Part shown: positions 50,934-60,018 of the stretch, piece after piece | Layout of the letters: each line of letters starts with the position of its first letter | Position numbering within the stretch: the stretch's first letter is position 1 | Virus record (IMG/VR): IMGVR_UViG_3300042350_004191 | Coordinates: 62,001-126,000 of that record | Reading direction: 5' to 3' (one strand) | Length of the DNA stretch: 64,000 nt | Position numbers and translations under genes: made by a program | Notes under the pieces: model-generated | What the model was told of the DNA's origin: nothing | Database searches by the model: none | The model's input: only the letters and a program-made list of their open reading frames with translations

Positions 50934-52220
50934 TTACATTATATTTATCAACAATTCACCATCAATAGTATAAAGCGGTAAACCGTTTATTGAATAAAGT
51001 GCAAGATTGTCAATATAACTAGTAGTTATTTGATTAATTTTTATTCCACTAATTCCTCTAAAAAATGTTGAATCTTTAGATTGTGGAAAAAGATTATTTA
51101 TCTTGTTTTTTATATCTTTAGTCATTCTCCCATAACCTGCTTCATTTTGTACTATAAGATCTAATGTTACTGGATAATCATATGGAAATAAATCTGTATT
51201 TAATTGAGGCAATTCAAAATAAATCAAACCAGAATCATAAGAAAATGCTGAAACAGGAACTGCATTAAATGAAGGATAAATTTGTTCCATATAGGTTCCT
51301 GAAAATGGATTAAAATACGAAACAGGTGTTGTAAAAATGTTTGGATTATCGGCACTTAAGTATAAGTTTGTTAAATTTGAAAAACTTTCACCAAAAACAG
51401 CAACACTTTTATGATCAGTTGTTTGACCAGAAAGAAAATAAAAACTTGTAGGACTTACATATCTAATCTGAGGTCTAGCTGATATGGCTGTGCTAAAAGT
51501 TTCATATTGATCTAGGTCTGTTATTAAATCGTCAGATATTAAATCTTGTTCATTGACCGGAACATAATCTGTATTGATTACATATATCTTTTTATAAGTT
51601 TCTATATAATCTGTACTCTTAAATAACCATCCTTTTATAGTAAAAGAAGTATCTGCTGTCACTCTAAACGATTGGTTTGCCCCTAAATCTGTTGGATATT
51701 GTACGTTTATATTACCAGACCATAATACTTCTGTTCTTATTTCATAATCTTTTCCATAAGACACAGGTAATTTCCAAGATATAACTATATAAGGGTCGCA
51801 ATAAGGAACAAAGTTAGATATAATTTGATCCATATCGGTCTGATATTTGGTTATAATAGTCATATTAATACCAATATTAATCGGAACAGGTTGTCTGATT
51901 CCTTTTATAAATTCTCTTTCATCACCCGCTATAGACAATGCATCAATATTAAAACCACTGTTTTTATTAAAAACTCTAGATTGATCTCTTTGAATCGAAC
52001 CGATGTTTATAGCTACGGCGGGTACAGTTAGACCACCGGGTGCTGGCTTTTTAAGCGTTTCTACAACCCTTTGTTTAGGTGCATATACAAAATTAACTTT
52101 AAATTGACTCTGTGGAATATTACTGTCTTTAGCAAATCTTTTTACTATAATATCATTGAATGCAGAGGTAAATTGCTCAATTAATGTTTGTATTTCTTTA
52201 TTATAAGTCCATTTCTTCAC
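50934..52220 (-). CDS. gp15: Tail terminator/sheath stabiliser, T4 gp15-like, with C-terminal IPT/Ig-like extension
   Basis: F...FNDI.V.R, YAPKQR, D.SR..N, PVPINI...M.I.TK...DMDQII..F.PY, FTIKGWLF; followed by PQIRYVSP...V.GESF. GTG start. Confidence 0.85.
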   Translation of the reverse strand: MKKWTYNKEIQTLIEQFTSAFNDIIVKRFAKDSNIPQSQFKVNFVYAPKQRVVETLKKPAPGGLTVPAVAINIGSIQRDQSRVFNKNSGFNIDALSIAGDEREFIKGIRQPVPINIGINMTIITKYQTDMDQIISNFVPYCDPYIVISWKLPVSYGKDYEIRTEVLWSGNINVQYPTDLGANQSFRVTADTSFTIKGWLFKSTDYIETYKKIYVINTDYVPVNEQDLISDDLITDLDQYETFSTAISARPQIRYVSPTSFYFLSGQTTDHKSVAVFGESFSNLTNLYLSADNPNIFTTPVSYFNPFSGTYMEQIYPSFNAVPVSAFSYDSGLIYFELPQLNTDLFPYDYPVTLDLIVQNEAGYGRMTKDIKNKINNLFPQSKDSTFFRGISGIKINQITTSYIDNLALYSINGLPLYTIDGELLINIM

Positions 52221-52229
52221 TTATAATAT

Positions 52230-53888
52230 TTAGTGTATTCTATTTAAAAAATGCTTTGGTAATATATCTTTATTTTCTGTAATCGCTCTAGTGGCGTTTC
52301 CATCAAGGATATAAGTTATAGAATAATCGTCTTTGGATCTAGTACATCTACCAGCCATTTGAACCAGATTATTAAGCATCGAGTATGCATATTGATTAGA
52401 GTCTGAATCAAATTTTTTCTTAATTCTTTTAGAACTTAATGGAAGATAAGGTGCTTTTACAATAATCTGAAATCTACCTAAATCGCCATCTAAGCTAATT
52501 CCCGTATCTAAAGAAGGACTGATCAATACCGTTGGATGTAATGCTCTTTTATGTTGTTCCAAAATTTCCTCGTTAGTTATACCTTCTTGTCTAAAAAGAA
52601 ACCTAGAATCATTCTTTAAATACTTGTAAAATTCCTGTGTAATTGAATTGGTGTGTGTATGGATTACACCCTTATAGTCTTTGTGTTTTTTACACAACTC
52701 TATACAAGCATTAATAATATTATCTAAATCTTTATTTTTGGAGCTATAAGATAGATTATATTTTGTGGTACAATAAATTGGTGATTTTTCAGAATTGAAT
52801 GGGGAAAGTAGTTCTATATATTCGTATTCATTTTCAGATATACCCATACTTTTAGCAAAATGTTTGTGATTACTCAATGTGGCTGACATTAACAAAACTT
52901 TATCAGCAACATTGAATATTTCTTTAAACAAGGGCCTTATATCATAAGGAACAAAGATAACTCTCTTTGCGCTTTTTTCTTCAATTAAAAAATTACATTC
53001 GTCCCAGTATTCAATAGCTTTGGACATAGAACCTTGCAATCTAGAAAGCTTATTAAGCTTCTGCATCAATTTAGAATATTGTGCATCAGCAGAAGTTATT
53101 TTTGATATTTTCAATGCCTGTTTTTTTAAATCTTTTATCTGATCAAGAACTTGATTGTATATATCAAATAACCAACTTCTAGCTTCAGTTATATTATCAG
53201 TAATTAATTTTTTATGAGCTATATCACAAGATTTTAATAAAGAATAGTTTATTTCTATAGTGAAATGACCAACAAGCTCGTCTTCGATACCATCTGCTTC
53301 ATCACAAACAAACATTTCACGTTTTTGAAGAAAAGGTCTTAGATTAAAAAAACTTCTATAGTTTAAAATAGATGTTTTAGAATATATACTTTTGTTTTTC
53401 GCTTCATAATAAGGACATATACAAGAAGAAAAACAATTAGTTTTAATCTTTTTATCAAAAATACATGGCGCATTGTCTGTTGTCTGGTTCAAATCCACCT
53501 GACACTGATAATTGTTTTTACCTTTAAAGGTATGATGTTCTGGAAACAAACTTAAATATTGATCTTGTAATGCTTTGGTCATCGTTAGTATAAAACTACC
53601 ATATTTTGGTTTGTTAATATGGTCCATGTCATATAGATAATCTCCCATGGCACTTTTCCGATAAAGTTGATAAGCAAGAATGTCCCTTTTTCTTTCTGAA
53701 TCAATTTCTGTAGTGCTTTCAGAAGCAGCTAAAGCAATATGACTCTTTCCTATGCCTGTTGGCATACAGGCAATAACGTATTTTTTTCCACTAGCCCAAA
53801 TTTGTTCTATTTTTTCAAGAGCTTCAATTTGTGATGGTCTAGGTTCATATTGTTTAGGAAAAAAATCAATTAGGTTGAAGTTTTGCAA
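52230..53888 (-). CDS. DinG/XPD-family SF2 helicase with Fe-S cysteines
   Basis: Q motif PRPSQ, MPTGIGKS, KGKNNYQC...APC...C...CPYY, DEADG, LMSATL, GISL, QMAGRCTRSKDDY. Confidence 0.9.
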   Translation of the reverse strand: MQNFNLIDFFPKQYEPRPSQIEALEKIEQIWASGKKYVIACMPTGIGKSHIALAASESTTEIDSERKRDILAYQLYRKSAMGDYLYDMDHINKPKYGSFILTMTKALQDQYLSLFPEHHTFKGKNNYQCQVDLNQTTDNAPCIFDKKIKTNCFSSCICPYYEAKNKSIYSKTSILNYRSFFNLRPFLQKREMFVCDEADGIEDELVGHFTIEINYSLLKSCDIAHKKLITDNITEARSWLFDIYNQVLDQIKDLKKQALKISKITSADAQYSKLMQKLNKLSRLQGSMSKAIEYWDECNFLIEEKSAKRVIFVPYDIRPLFKEIFNVADKVLLMSATLSNHKHFAKSMGISENEYEYIELLSPFNSEKSPIYCTTKYNLSYSSKNKDLDNIINACIELCKKHKDYKGVIHTHTNSITQEFYKYLKNDSRFLFRQEGITNEEILEQHKRALHPTVLISPSLDTGISLDGDLGRFQIIVKAPYLPLSSKRIKKKFDSDSNQYAYSMLNNLVQMAGRCTRSKDDYSITYILDGNATRAITENKDILPKHFLNRIH

Positions 53889-54138
53889 GTTCTTCCTCCT
53901 TCAATAATTGTTTAAAAATATCCAAATCTACTTGTTTTCTTAAACATAGACATGGTGTATATGTAAAATCGGTCAAAGATTTATCAATGTATCCCCTACC
54001 ATAGCACTTTTTACAGCTTTGACTGGGTTTTTTCTTTAGTGGAAACTGGCCTTGACTTAATAAGCCGACATCTTCTTTTAATACTTGAAAATATTTTCCG
54101 GTAAAAATATTATAGCAATTTATAGTTTGATCATTCAT
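53866..54138 (-). CDS. Small Zn-finger protein
   Basis: CKKCYGRG...PCLC. Confidence 0.65.
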   Translation of the reverse strand: MNDQTINCYNIFTGKYFQVLKEDVGLLSQGQFPLKKKPSQSCKKCYGRGYIDKSLTDFTYTPCLCLRKQVDLDIFKQLLKEEELAKLQPN

Positions 54139-54496
54139 TTGTTATTTCCTCTATCACTAATATAGTATCACCGAACTTATTATTCCTTTTTGATTTATTA
54201 AATGTACCTCTAAGGACTATTTCAGATTCGGGACAATATCTTGATAAAGATTTTAACCTATAATCAAAATAAATCAAGCCGTCTTCTTTATGTTCTTCGT
54301 GAGAAAATGGTATAGGCAATTCCAGTTTTTCTTTTTTATTTTTACTAGTTAAAATATGAAAAACCAAATAAAAATTTCTTTGAACAAACAATTCAATTTT
54401 ACCTTTTTTTAATATTTTATTTTTAATTTGAAAAGAAACAGTTTTCTGCAATAAAGACTTACACAGTTCTTCCAAGGCTGACGAAGTTATATTCAT
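54131..54496 (-). CDS. Hypothetical protein
   Basis: Overlap-coupled ORF within the operon. Confidence 0.65.
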   Translation of the reverse strand: MNITSSALEELCKSLLQKTVSFQIKNKILKKGKIELFVQRNFYLVFHILTSKNKKEKLELPIPFSHEEHKEDGLIYFDYRLKSLSRYCPESEIVLRGTFNKSKRNNKFGDTILVIEEITNE

Positions 54497-54873
54497 TTAT
54501 TTATAAAATTATATTTTTGTTGTTTTGTCATATTTCTTATTTTTTTATCGAAATACTCCCAAAATTTTTCTTGAGGAAACGTTGGTACGGCTGTAATAAA
54601 ATTAACACCATTAGCTGGAATCATTCTCCAGTCTTGTTTTAAAATATCAAATGCTACAACTAAACCATATTTAATAGCATCGTATGGTAAACTTCCTGTA
54701 GGTGTTGTATAATGAAATGTTGTTCTGCCTAATGCAGAACTCAACAATCTTCGATCATTTGTACATAACATACGTCTTATAGGTTTAGGATTTGGTTTTC
54801 CTCTTCTATTAAAAACTAGTTCTACTAAATGATTATTACAAAGTTGTTGTAACTCATTTCGTGTTAAAATCAT
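54493..54873 (-). CDS. SH3-like (DUF2693/WYL_2-type) protein
   Basis: VELVF.RR...R.MLCT...LVVAFDI.KQDWR pattern. Confidence 0.6.
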   Translation of the reverse strand: MILTRNELQQLCNNHLVELVFNRRGKPNPKPIRRMLCTNDRRLLSSALGRTTFHYTTPTGSLPYDAIKYGLVVAFDILKQDWRMIPANGVNFITAVPTFPQEKFWEYFDKKIRNMTKQQKYNFINK

Positions 54874-55262
54874 TATTTTTTAAATTTAACTTCACAAACA
54901 CCAAATATTCTATTTTCACTAAGAAAAACAATATTTTTGAGGTCATTTATATTTGCTGCTTGAATACCTTTGTCATTAGGGAAAACGATATGGTCGCCCA
55001 CTTTTACAGTTTTACAGTTAGGTCCTGCTAATACAACTTTTCCAACTCTCCAAACAAAGTTTACAGTATTAATTGGGACCCATATGCTTCCTCTTTTAAT
55101 CTCGGTTCCTTCTTCGTTTACATCAACATATTGTACCATTAAAATATCATCCAACACTTTAGTCAGATTCCAGCCGTCGAGTTCTAATGCATGTCCTTGA
55201 TATTGTTCTAGTTGAACTTTACCACCAATTCTATCTTCTAGGTTTTTAGGTCTTTCTATCAT
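54873..55262 (-). CDS. GroES-like co-chaperonin (gp31 analogue)
   Basis: VLDDILMV...GSIWVP...GKVVLAGP.CK.VKVGD.IVFP...FLSE.RIFG. Confidence 0.85.
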   Translation of the reverse strand: MIERPKNLEDRIGGKVQLEQYQGHALELDGWNLTKVLDDILMVQYVDVNEEGTEIKRGSIWVPINTVNFVWRVGKVVLAGPNCKTVKVGDHIVFPNDKGIQAANINDLKNIVFLSENRIFGVCEVKFKK

Positions 55263-55268
55263 ATATGT

Positions 55269-55667
55269 TTATTTAGATATTTGTTTTAATTCTTCAAGTA
55301 TCTGTTTTTGGTTTTTAATTTCTCTTTTAGAGCATTCTCTAAAGATGTGTTCTTGTATTTCGTCCTCATCCTTTGTTTTAGGTTTTTTAATTGTTTTCTT
55401 TTTTAAATATAATAATTTTTTTGTGTATTTTTGTAATAAAACATTTAAAAATTTTGTAATCAATGTTGTATTACCATATAAATCATAATTTAAATACCAT
55501 CTATTAACTGTTTGATTTATAATTTTACAATTTTCTTGATTGGACATAGATAACCATCTCAATAACATAAATGTTGATGGTTTTTCTTCAACTGAAGAAA
55601 TATCTATTTTTGTCTTTTTTAAGATAAAATTTAAAAAACAAAAGATGTCACAGGCTTGATTGTTCAT
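55269..55667 (-). CDS. Probable clamp loader small subunit, T4 gp62-like
   Basis: FMLLRWLSM...IIN..VN followed by a Lys-rich segment and SKREI resembles gp62. Confidence 0.55.
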   Translation of the reverse strand: MNNQACDIFCFLNFILKKTKIDISSVEEKPSTFMLLRWLSMSNQENCKIINQTVNRWYLNYDLYGNTTLITKFLNVLLQKYTKKLLYLKKKTIKKPKTKDEDEIQEHIFRECSKREIKNQKQILEELKQISK

Positions 55668-56188
55668 GTGGTTTTAATTGTATCAATAAACGATACATTT
55701 AACAATTCGTAAAATGTTTTTTCAATTTGTTCACTAAAAGTTTTTTTTGTTTTTTCTACCAAATTAAAAGTTTTATTATCTAGTCCCAAATATCCTAAAA
55801 CAATATTTGATTCTGTTTCTTTATTAATATTGACAGATAAAAGATTGTCTTCATTTTTTTTAACTACTAAATTAAAATCTTTTGTTATCTTTAAATCTTT
55901 AATATCAGTAATTTTTTTTAATTCTTCATATACTTTAGTTATAAAAATTTGTTTAAAAAACGAATTTCCTTTTAAATTTAAGTTAGGTATCTCCCAACAT
56001 ATATGAATTGTGTCTTCAAAAGAAGGATATTCATTTAAAAAATAAGTCGAGTCATAGCCTATGTTTAAAGGTCCATATGCTATGATAATAACTCCGTTTG
56101 GGTTATATTTTTCTTTATAGAAATCAAAACCAAACTTTTGTTTTAATAATAAACCATCATAATTTATAGGGCCGTTTGTGTGTATCAT
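55664..56188 (-). CDS. DUF366-like protein (degenerate)
   Basis: YDG..L....F......G.II..YGP...IHI.WEIP...LSVNI...LG.LGL resembles the DUF366 pattern. Confidence 0.45.
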   Translation of the reverse strand: MIHTNGPINYDGLLLKQKFGFDFYKEKYNPNGVIIIAYGPLNIGYDSTYFLNEYPSFEDTIHICWEIPNLNLKGNSFFKQIFITKVYEELKKITDIKDLKITKDFNLVVKKNEDNLLSVNINKETESNIVLGYLGLDNKTFNLVEKTKKTFSEQIEKTFYELLNVSFIDTIKTT

Positions 56189-56865
56189 AATTTTTTATAT
56201 TCTTTTTTAAAAATTTCATTACTTTTGTTCCAATTTTCTGAAATCATACTATCTCCCATGCCATGATGAACAGTATATATAGGTAATACTCCTACAGGAA
56301 CTTTATATTTGTTACATTCTAAGCAAAATGCCATATCATAATGATGAAATGCAAATTTTTCATTAAATCTAGCAGGAGTATTTTTAATTTTTTCTACGTT
56401 TACTGCTATGAATAGACCATCTATAATCAAACTTCTACTTTTTGTAGGACCAAAAACCGTTGTCCAAATATGATCATCTTTCTTATGAGACACTTCTCCT
56501 ACCATATCTTCTCTTTTTGTTGCTAGATGCCATGCCAACTTGTCTGAATTTAAATCGCAAGATTTAGTTCCAGCCAAACCAGTCACTACATAAGGAGAAT
56601 TATTTAATTTTTCATATAAAAAGATATCGTTCAATTCAACATCATCATGAACAAATAATAAAATTTTATCAGAAAACTCTTCATGGTTTATAAAAGTATT
56701 GTATACTTCTGAAAGACCTTTCTGATTGTCTTTTGCAATTCTAAAATCAAAATTTTCCACACCATGAAGATTGTGGTGCTTTTCTAGAGATTTAAATATG
56801 GGTCTTTTTTGGAACTCTTCTATTGTTTTAGATAAAGTACATATAACCGCAATAACTTGTTTCAT
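56185..56865 (-). CDS. GT-A (GT2-like) glycosyltransferase
   Basis: GLSEVYN, LFVHDDV (DxD-type), GLAG, IDGLFIAV, FHHYDM.FCL, HHG.G. Confidence 0.85.
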   Translation of the reverse strand: MKQVIAVICTLSKTIEEFQKRPIFKSLEKHHNLHGVENFDFRIAKDNQKGLSEVYNTFINHEEFSDKILLFVHDDVELNDIFLYEKLNNSPYVVTGLAGTKSCDLNSDKLAWHLATKREDMVGEVSHKKDDHIWTTVFGPTKSRSLIIDGLFIAVNVEKIKNTPARFNEKFAFHHYDMAFCLECNKYKVPVGVLPIYTVHHGMGDSMISENWNKSNEIFKKEYKKL

Positions 56866-56873
56866 CGACTACT

Positions 56874-56902
56874 ATTTTACACTACATATTTATAATTTTC
56901 AA
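56874..56902 (-). promoter_or_regulatory. sigma70 promoter with a perfect late promoter nested in its spacer
   Basis: Minus strand TTGAAA-17 nt-TAAAAT with TG; TATAAATA at 56887-56894. Confidence 0.65.
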
Positions 56903-56919
56903 GTTTTTGACTTTTTAAA

Positions 56920-56935
56920 GATAAATATAAATAAT
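56920..56935 (+). promoter_or_regulatory. Tandem late promoter GATAAATATAAATAAT
   Basis: Two overlapping TAAATA cores; identical 16-mer at 60730-60745. Confidence 0.65.
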
Positions 56936-56944
56936 ATCATTAAA

Positions 56945-57493
56945 ATGAAAAAATGTAAAAATAAGAAAGAAGTTAATAGAATTCTAAAAAGAAATATAAA
57001 ATCTGATTTATTCGAATCAGACAATATTTTTGCTAAAAGAGTGTTATTTTCTCTAATAGGCGAACAAGAAGAAGCCTCAAAAGCTATTCCAGAAATTGAT
57101 GTAAAGGCTGAACCTGAGAATTTTACTCCTGAACAGAATCAAACTGACTTTGAAAAGTCTTTAGAACCAGAAACACCACAAGATCAATTCGATGTTGAGG
57201 GTGTTTCTACTAAGGTTCACATCGAAAATATCAAAAAAATTAAAAATTTTTCTGATAAATTGGATGAATTCGCTTCTTTCTTGAATGATCCTAACAGTAC
57301 AGAGAGTTTACATAAAATTTTATCAGATAATGATAAAGCTGGCTCTTTGTTGAGAGGTATTACAAGAAAAACTTCTGATGGTATCACCAGAGTAGCTGGT
57401 GAAATCGAAAAACTTAAGGAAGTCTTAAATTCATTCATTATCTTAGCTCCTAAAAAGCTTAGAGATACTGAACAAGTTTCTGTTGGTGGTTAA
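56945..57493 (+). CDS. Hypothetical late protein
   Basis: Start moved to ATG 56945 after the late promoter; acidic linker plus helical C-terminus. Confidence 0.65.
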   Translation: MKKCKNKKEVNRILKRNIKSDLFESDNIFAKRVLFSLIGEQEEASKAIPEIDVKAEPENFTPEQNQTDFEKSLEPETPQDQFDVEGVSTKVHIENIKKIKNFSDKLDEFASFLNDPNSTESLHKILSDNDKAGSLLRGITRKTSDGITRVAGEIEKLKEVLNSFIILAPKKLRDTEQVSVGG

Positions 57494-58446
57494 TTGATAG
57501 TCGAATTGACTATAACGTTATAGTCAATTCCATTTATCCCTTCTTTAACACACCATTCGTTTAGATCCTTATATTCACACCCCACATTCCAGCGAAAAAC
57601 GGCTTCCCCTTTTAATAATAATTGCTTCATTTTTTCTTTGGCTGTTGCATCTAATTTAGGGTTGTCTAATATCCATATCTTTTTATGAAAAGGATATTTG
57701 GATAGTTGTTTCTTTTGGAGATCGGTCAAATTTAAGCCAGCAATTCCTACTCCGTTTTTTATAAACATAGAGTCTATTGGTCCCTCTGTTAAAAATATAT
57801 ATTCAAAATCAGAATCTATGTTGTTTAAATTAAAAATAGGCTTTTCACCACCGGATTTACTCAAATATTTAGGATCTGAGCCATCTAAACATCTTGTTTG
57901 GTAAAATTGTATTTTCTTTTCTACATAAAAAGGTATGCATAACCTATTTTTATGGGTAAAATCTTTCAAACTTATAAAATAATTAGAGCATTTGTTTATT
58001 GCTATGTCTAAACGCCTTTCTTTAATGTAAGAAAGGCTATTTTGTATAATTTTATTTGATTTATAGTAAGACAATTGGACAAGATCACTTAAATTTATAC
58101 TATCATACGGTAAATCTAAATTTTTTCTTTTATAATTGTTTATATTTTCTTTTTTTACAAGTATTTCTTCAGAATCTGAATCACCTAATGCTTCTTGCTT
58201 TATCTCTTCTAATGAAGAATTAGACACTTCGGCTATCCAGTATAGTGCGCTCCATGAACGAGAGCAGTTAAAACAATAAAAAGATTGAGTTTTTGGATAA
58301 AAAAATAATCTTTTCTTTTTACCTAAACTTTTACCTTCTTTACAAATAGGACAACCAGCATTATAAACACCATCTATTCTCTTATAAGAGGGATTATAGC
58401 TATAGGTATAGAACTTCTTAAGTATAAAAGAGTCTGTTAACTTCAT
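57490..58446 (-). CDS. gp61: DNA primase, T4 gp61-like
   Basis: Zn motif CPICKEG...FYCFNC, RLCIPF, QTR, PKYLS, TOPRIM EGPIDSMF, WILDN, KDLNE. Confidence 0.92.
   Translation of the reverse strand: MKLTDSFILKKFYTYSYNPSYKRIDGVYNAGCPICKEGKSLGKKKRLFFYPKTQSFYCFNCSRSWSALYWIAEVSNSSLEEIKQEALGDSDSEEILVKKENINNYKRKNLDLPYDSINLSDLVQLSYYKSNKIIQNSLSYIKERRLDIAINKCSNYFISLKDFTHKNRLCIPFYVEKKIQFYQTRCLDGSDPKYLSKSGGEKPIFNLNNIDSDFEYIFLTEGPIDSMFIKNGVGIAGLNLTDLQKKQLSKYPFHKKIWILDNPKLDATAKEKMKQLLLKGEAVFRWNVGCEYKDLNEWCVKEGINGIDYNVIVNSTIN
57503..57530. repeat. Perfect 28-bp palindrome
   Basis: GAATTGACTATAAC|GTTATAGTCAATTC. Confidence 0.9.
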
Positions 58447-58456
58447 CCTAGCTTAT

Positions 58457-58485
58457 AGGATATAGTATTTTTAACAGAAAATCAA
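58457..58485 (-). promoter_or_regulatory. sigma70-like promoter of primase
   Basis: Minus strand TTGATT-17 nt-TATCCT. Confidence 0.45.
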
Positions 58486-58487
58486 AC

Positions 58488-59363
58488 TTAATATTTGGAA
58501 GATGAGTAAAAATCTTCGTCGCTATCTCTCATAGAAGAGATTCTATCAGCAACTTCAGGGTCTTCCTCTTCAATATCGAATCCTCTTGATGGTATTTCGT
58601 CCTCATCATCAAATTCATCTTTTTCAACTTCAGCAAAAGGCTCTATTACTCCAGATGCTTTGTTAATTTCTAAATGACCGATTTCATTTTCAACTAATTC
58701 GCCTTTAGAAAGTAAATTAGATATAATTTGTTCAGCTACTTCAGGCTCTCTGCCCATTTTTCTGACCAAATATTGAACTACTTCTTCTTTAGACACAGAA
58801 TCCACACCTTGAACCATTCCTAAAACAGCATCTTCGATACTAGATCCTGTTTTTTGTGTAGGTGCTGAATCTAAATCATCCATATCAGACATTTCTGAGT
58901 TTTCATCTGGTTCCATCGTAGGTTCCACACTAGATGCTGTATGAGTTTCTTTCATTTTTTCAAAGAAACTCTTAACAATATTACTCCAACGTCTAGCTAA
59001 TGTAGACATGCCATCTTTATGTCCTTTAAATCTGGTTCTATAAACATCATTTATAATAGAACTTAATTCTGCATAAGGGATAGTTTCAATTTCATCGTTT
59101 AGTAAATTTTCAAATTTACTAACAGTTAAGCGGAGGACCGAATTAACGTCTTCGGGTGAAAGACTTCCCAAATAACTTTTGTTTGACCAATTTTTGATGA
59201 AAGGTACTACGTTATTTTTATAATAATCTGAACTTTGATCACCGATCAAATCTACAATTTTAGACAAATCAAAAGATACGTTTCCATATCTCTGTTCTTT
59301 TGAATGTGTTCCTTCTTGCAATAAAATGTTTTCTACTAAAGTATCGAATCTTAATTTTTTCAT
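58488..59363 (-). CDS. Hypothetical late protein with winged-helix-like C-terminal domain and acidic tail
   Basis: Likely start ATG 59363 (MKKLRFDTL) after GATAAATA at 59378-59385; SKEEVVQYL...VAEQIISNLLSKGELVE. Confidence 0.55.
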   Translation of the reverse strand: MKKLRFDTLVENILLQEGTHSKEQRYGNVSFDLSKIVDLIGDQSSDYYKNNVVPFIKNWSNKSYLGSLSPEDVNSVLRLTVSKFENLLNDEIETIPYAELSSIINDVYRTRFKGHKDGMSTLARRWSNIVKSFFEKMKETHTASSVEPTMEPDENSEMSDMDDLDSAPTQKTGSSIEDAVLGMVQGVDSVSKEEVVQYLVRKMGREPEVAEQIISNLLSKGELVENEIGHLEINKASGVIEPFAEVEKDEFDDEDEIPSRGFDIEEEDPEVADRISSMRDSDEDFYSSSKY

Positions 59364-59385
59364 ATAACTGTTTATATTATTTATC

Positions 59386-60018
59386 TCAAACAATTCCAGT
59401 TAATAAACTTTGATCTTCACCATACGGTTGTCCTTCTTCAGTTAGATAAAGCTGTGTCATTTTAACTCTTTCTTGTGGTGAGCCAAAAATCTCAATTACC
59501 GCTGGACAATCTTCTGCGGGGAAAACTTTTCCTTCAGACTTGTGATAAGAGGCAACAAAAGATTTAAAAATATTATCAATTTCTTCTCTATATTCAGAAT
59601 CAGTCTCACGCATCTCTTTTTCGTTAAGTTCTATAGGAGAAACTTTGGTTAAAGGTATAAAGAAAATAATATCGTATAGTTTTAAGGTTTCTCTTACAAG
59701 TGTTCTGGTTTCTTCTAAAAATTTTTCAGACACTTTCTCTTTTAAAAAGAGCCAAGATGTGTAAACCATATTATCTAATACACATCTATCAAATATTACA
59801 TTGTCTTTTTTAGAAAATTCTATAGCCTGATCCACTAAACTATTAAGAATGGCTCTTTGTGATTCTTCTGTACCATGAGAAGAATGTGGTAAATTTTGTT
59901 CTTTAATAAGAGAACGATAACATTTTTCTGGACAGTGATAGTTTTTCCAAGTCTTTAAAAAGTCTTGAATGTATGTACTTTTACCAGTACAAGATGTTCC
60001 GCATACTGCTATTTTCAT
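59386..60018 (-). CDS. P-loop nucleotide kinase-like ATPase (AAA_28/NadR-like)
   Basis: MKIAVCGTSCTGKST, VIFDRCVLD..VY, YDIIFFIP, R..D..YR..ID. Confidence 0.82.
   Translation of the reverse strand: MKIAVCGTSCTGKSTYIQDFLKTWKNYHCPEKCYRSLIKEQNLPHSSHGTEESQRAILNSLVDQAIEFSKKDNVIFDRCVLDNMVYTSWLFLKEKVSEKFLEETRTLVRETLKLYDIIFFIPLTKVSPIELNEKEMRETDSEYREEIDNIFKSFVASYHKSEGKVFPAEDCPAVIEIFGSPQERVKMTQLYLTEEGQPYGEDQSLLTGIV

Noticed and set aside
56771-56944. 5' extension of ORF 56771..57493 (also the track starts at 235, 12584, 34339, 39045, 46314, 47519, 48240 and 59393)
   Set aside because: These alternative-codon starts overlap neighbouring genes or promoters. Nearby ATGs fit promoter spacing and gene coupling better; for 235, the frame is open from base 1.
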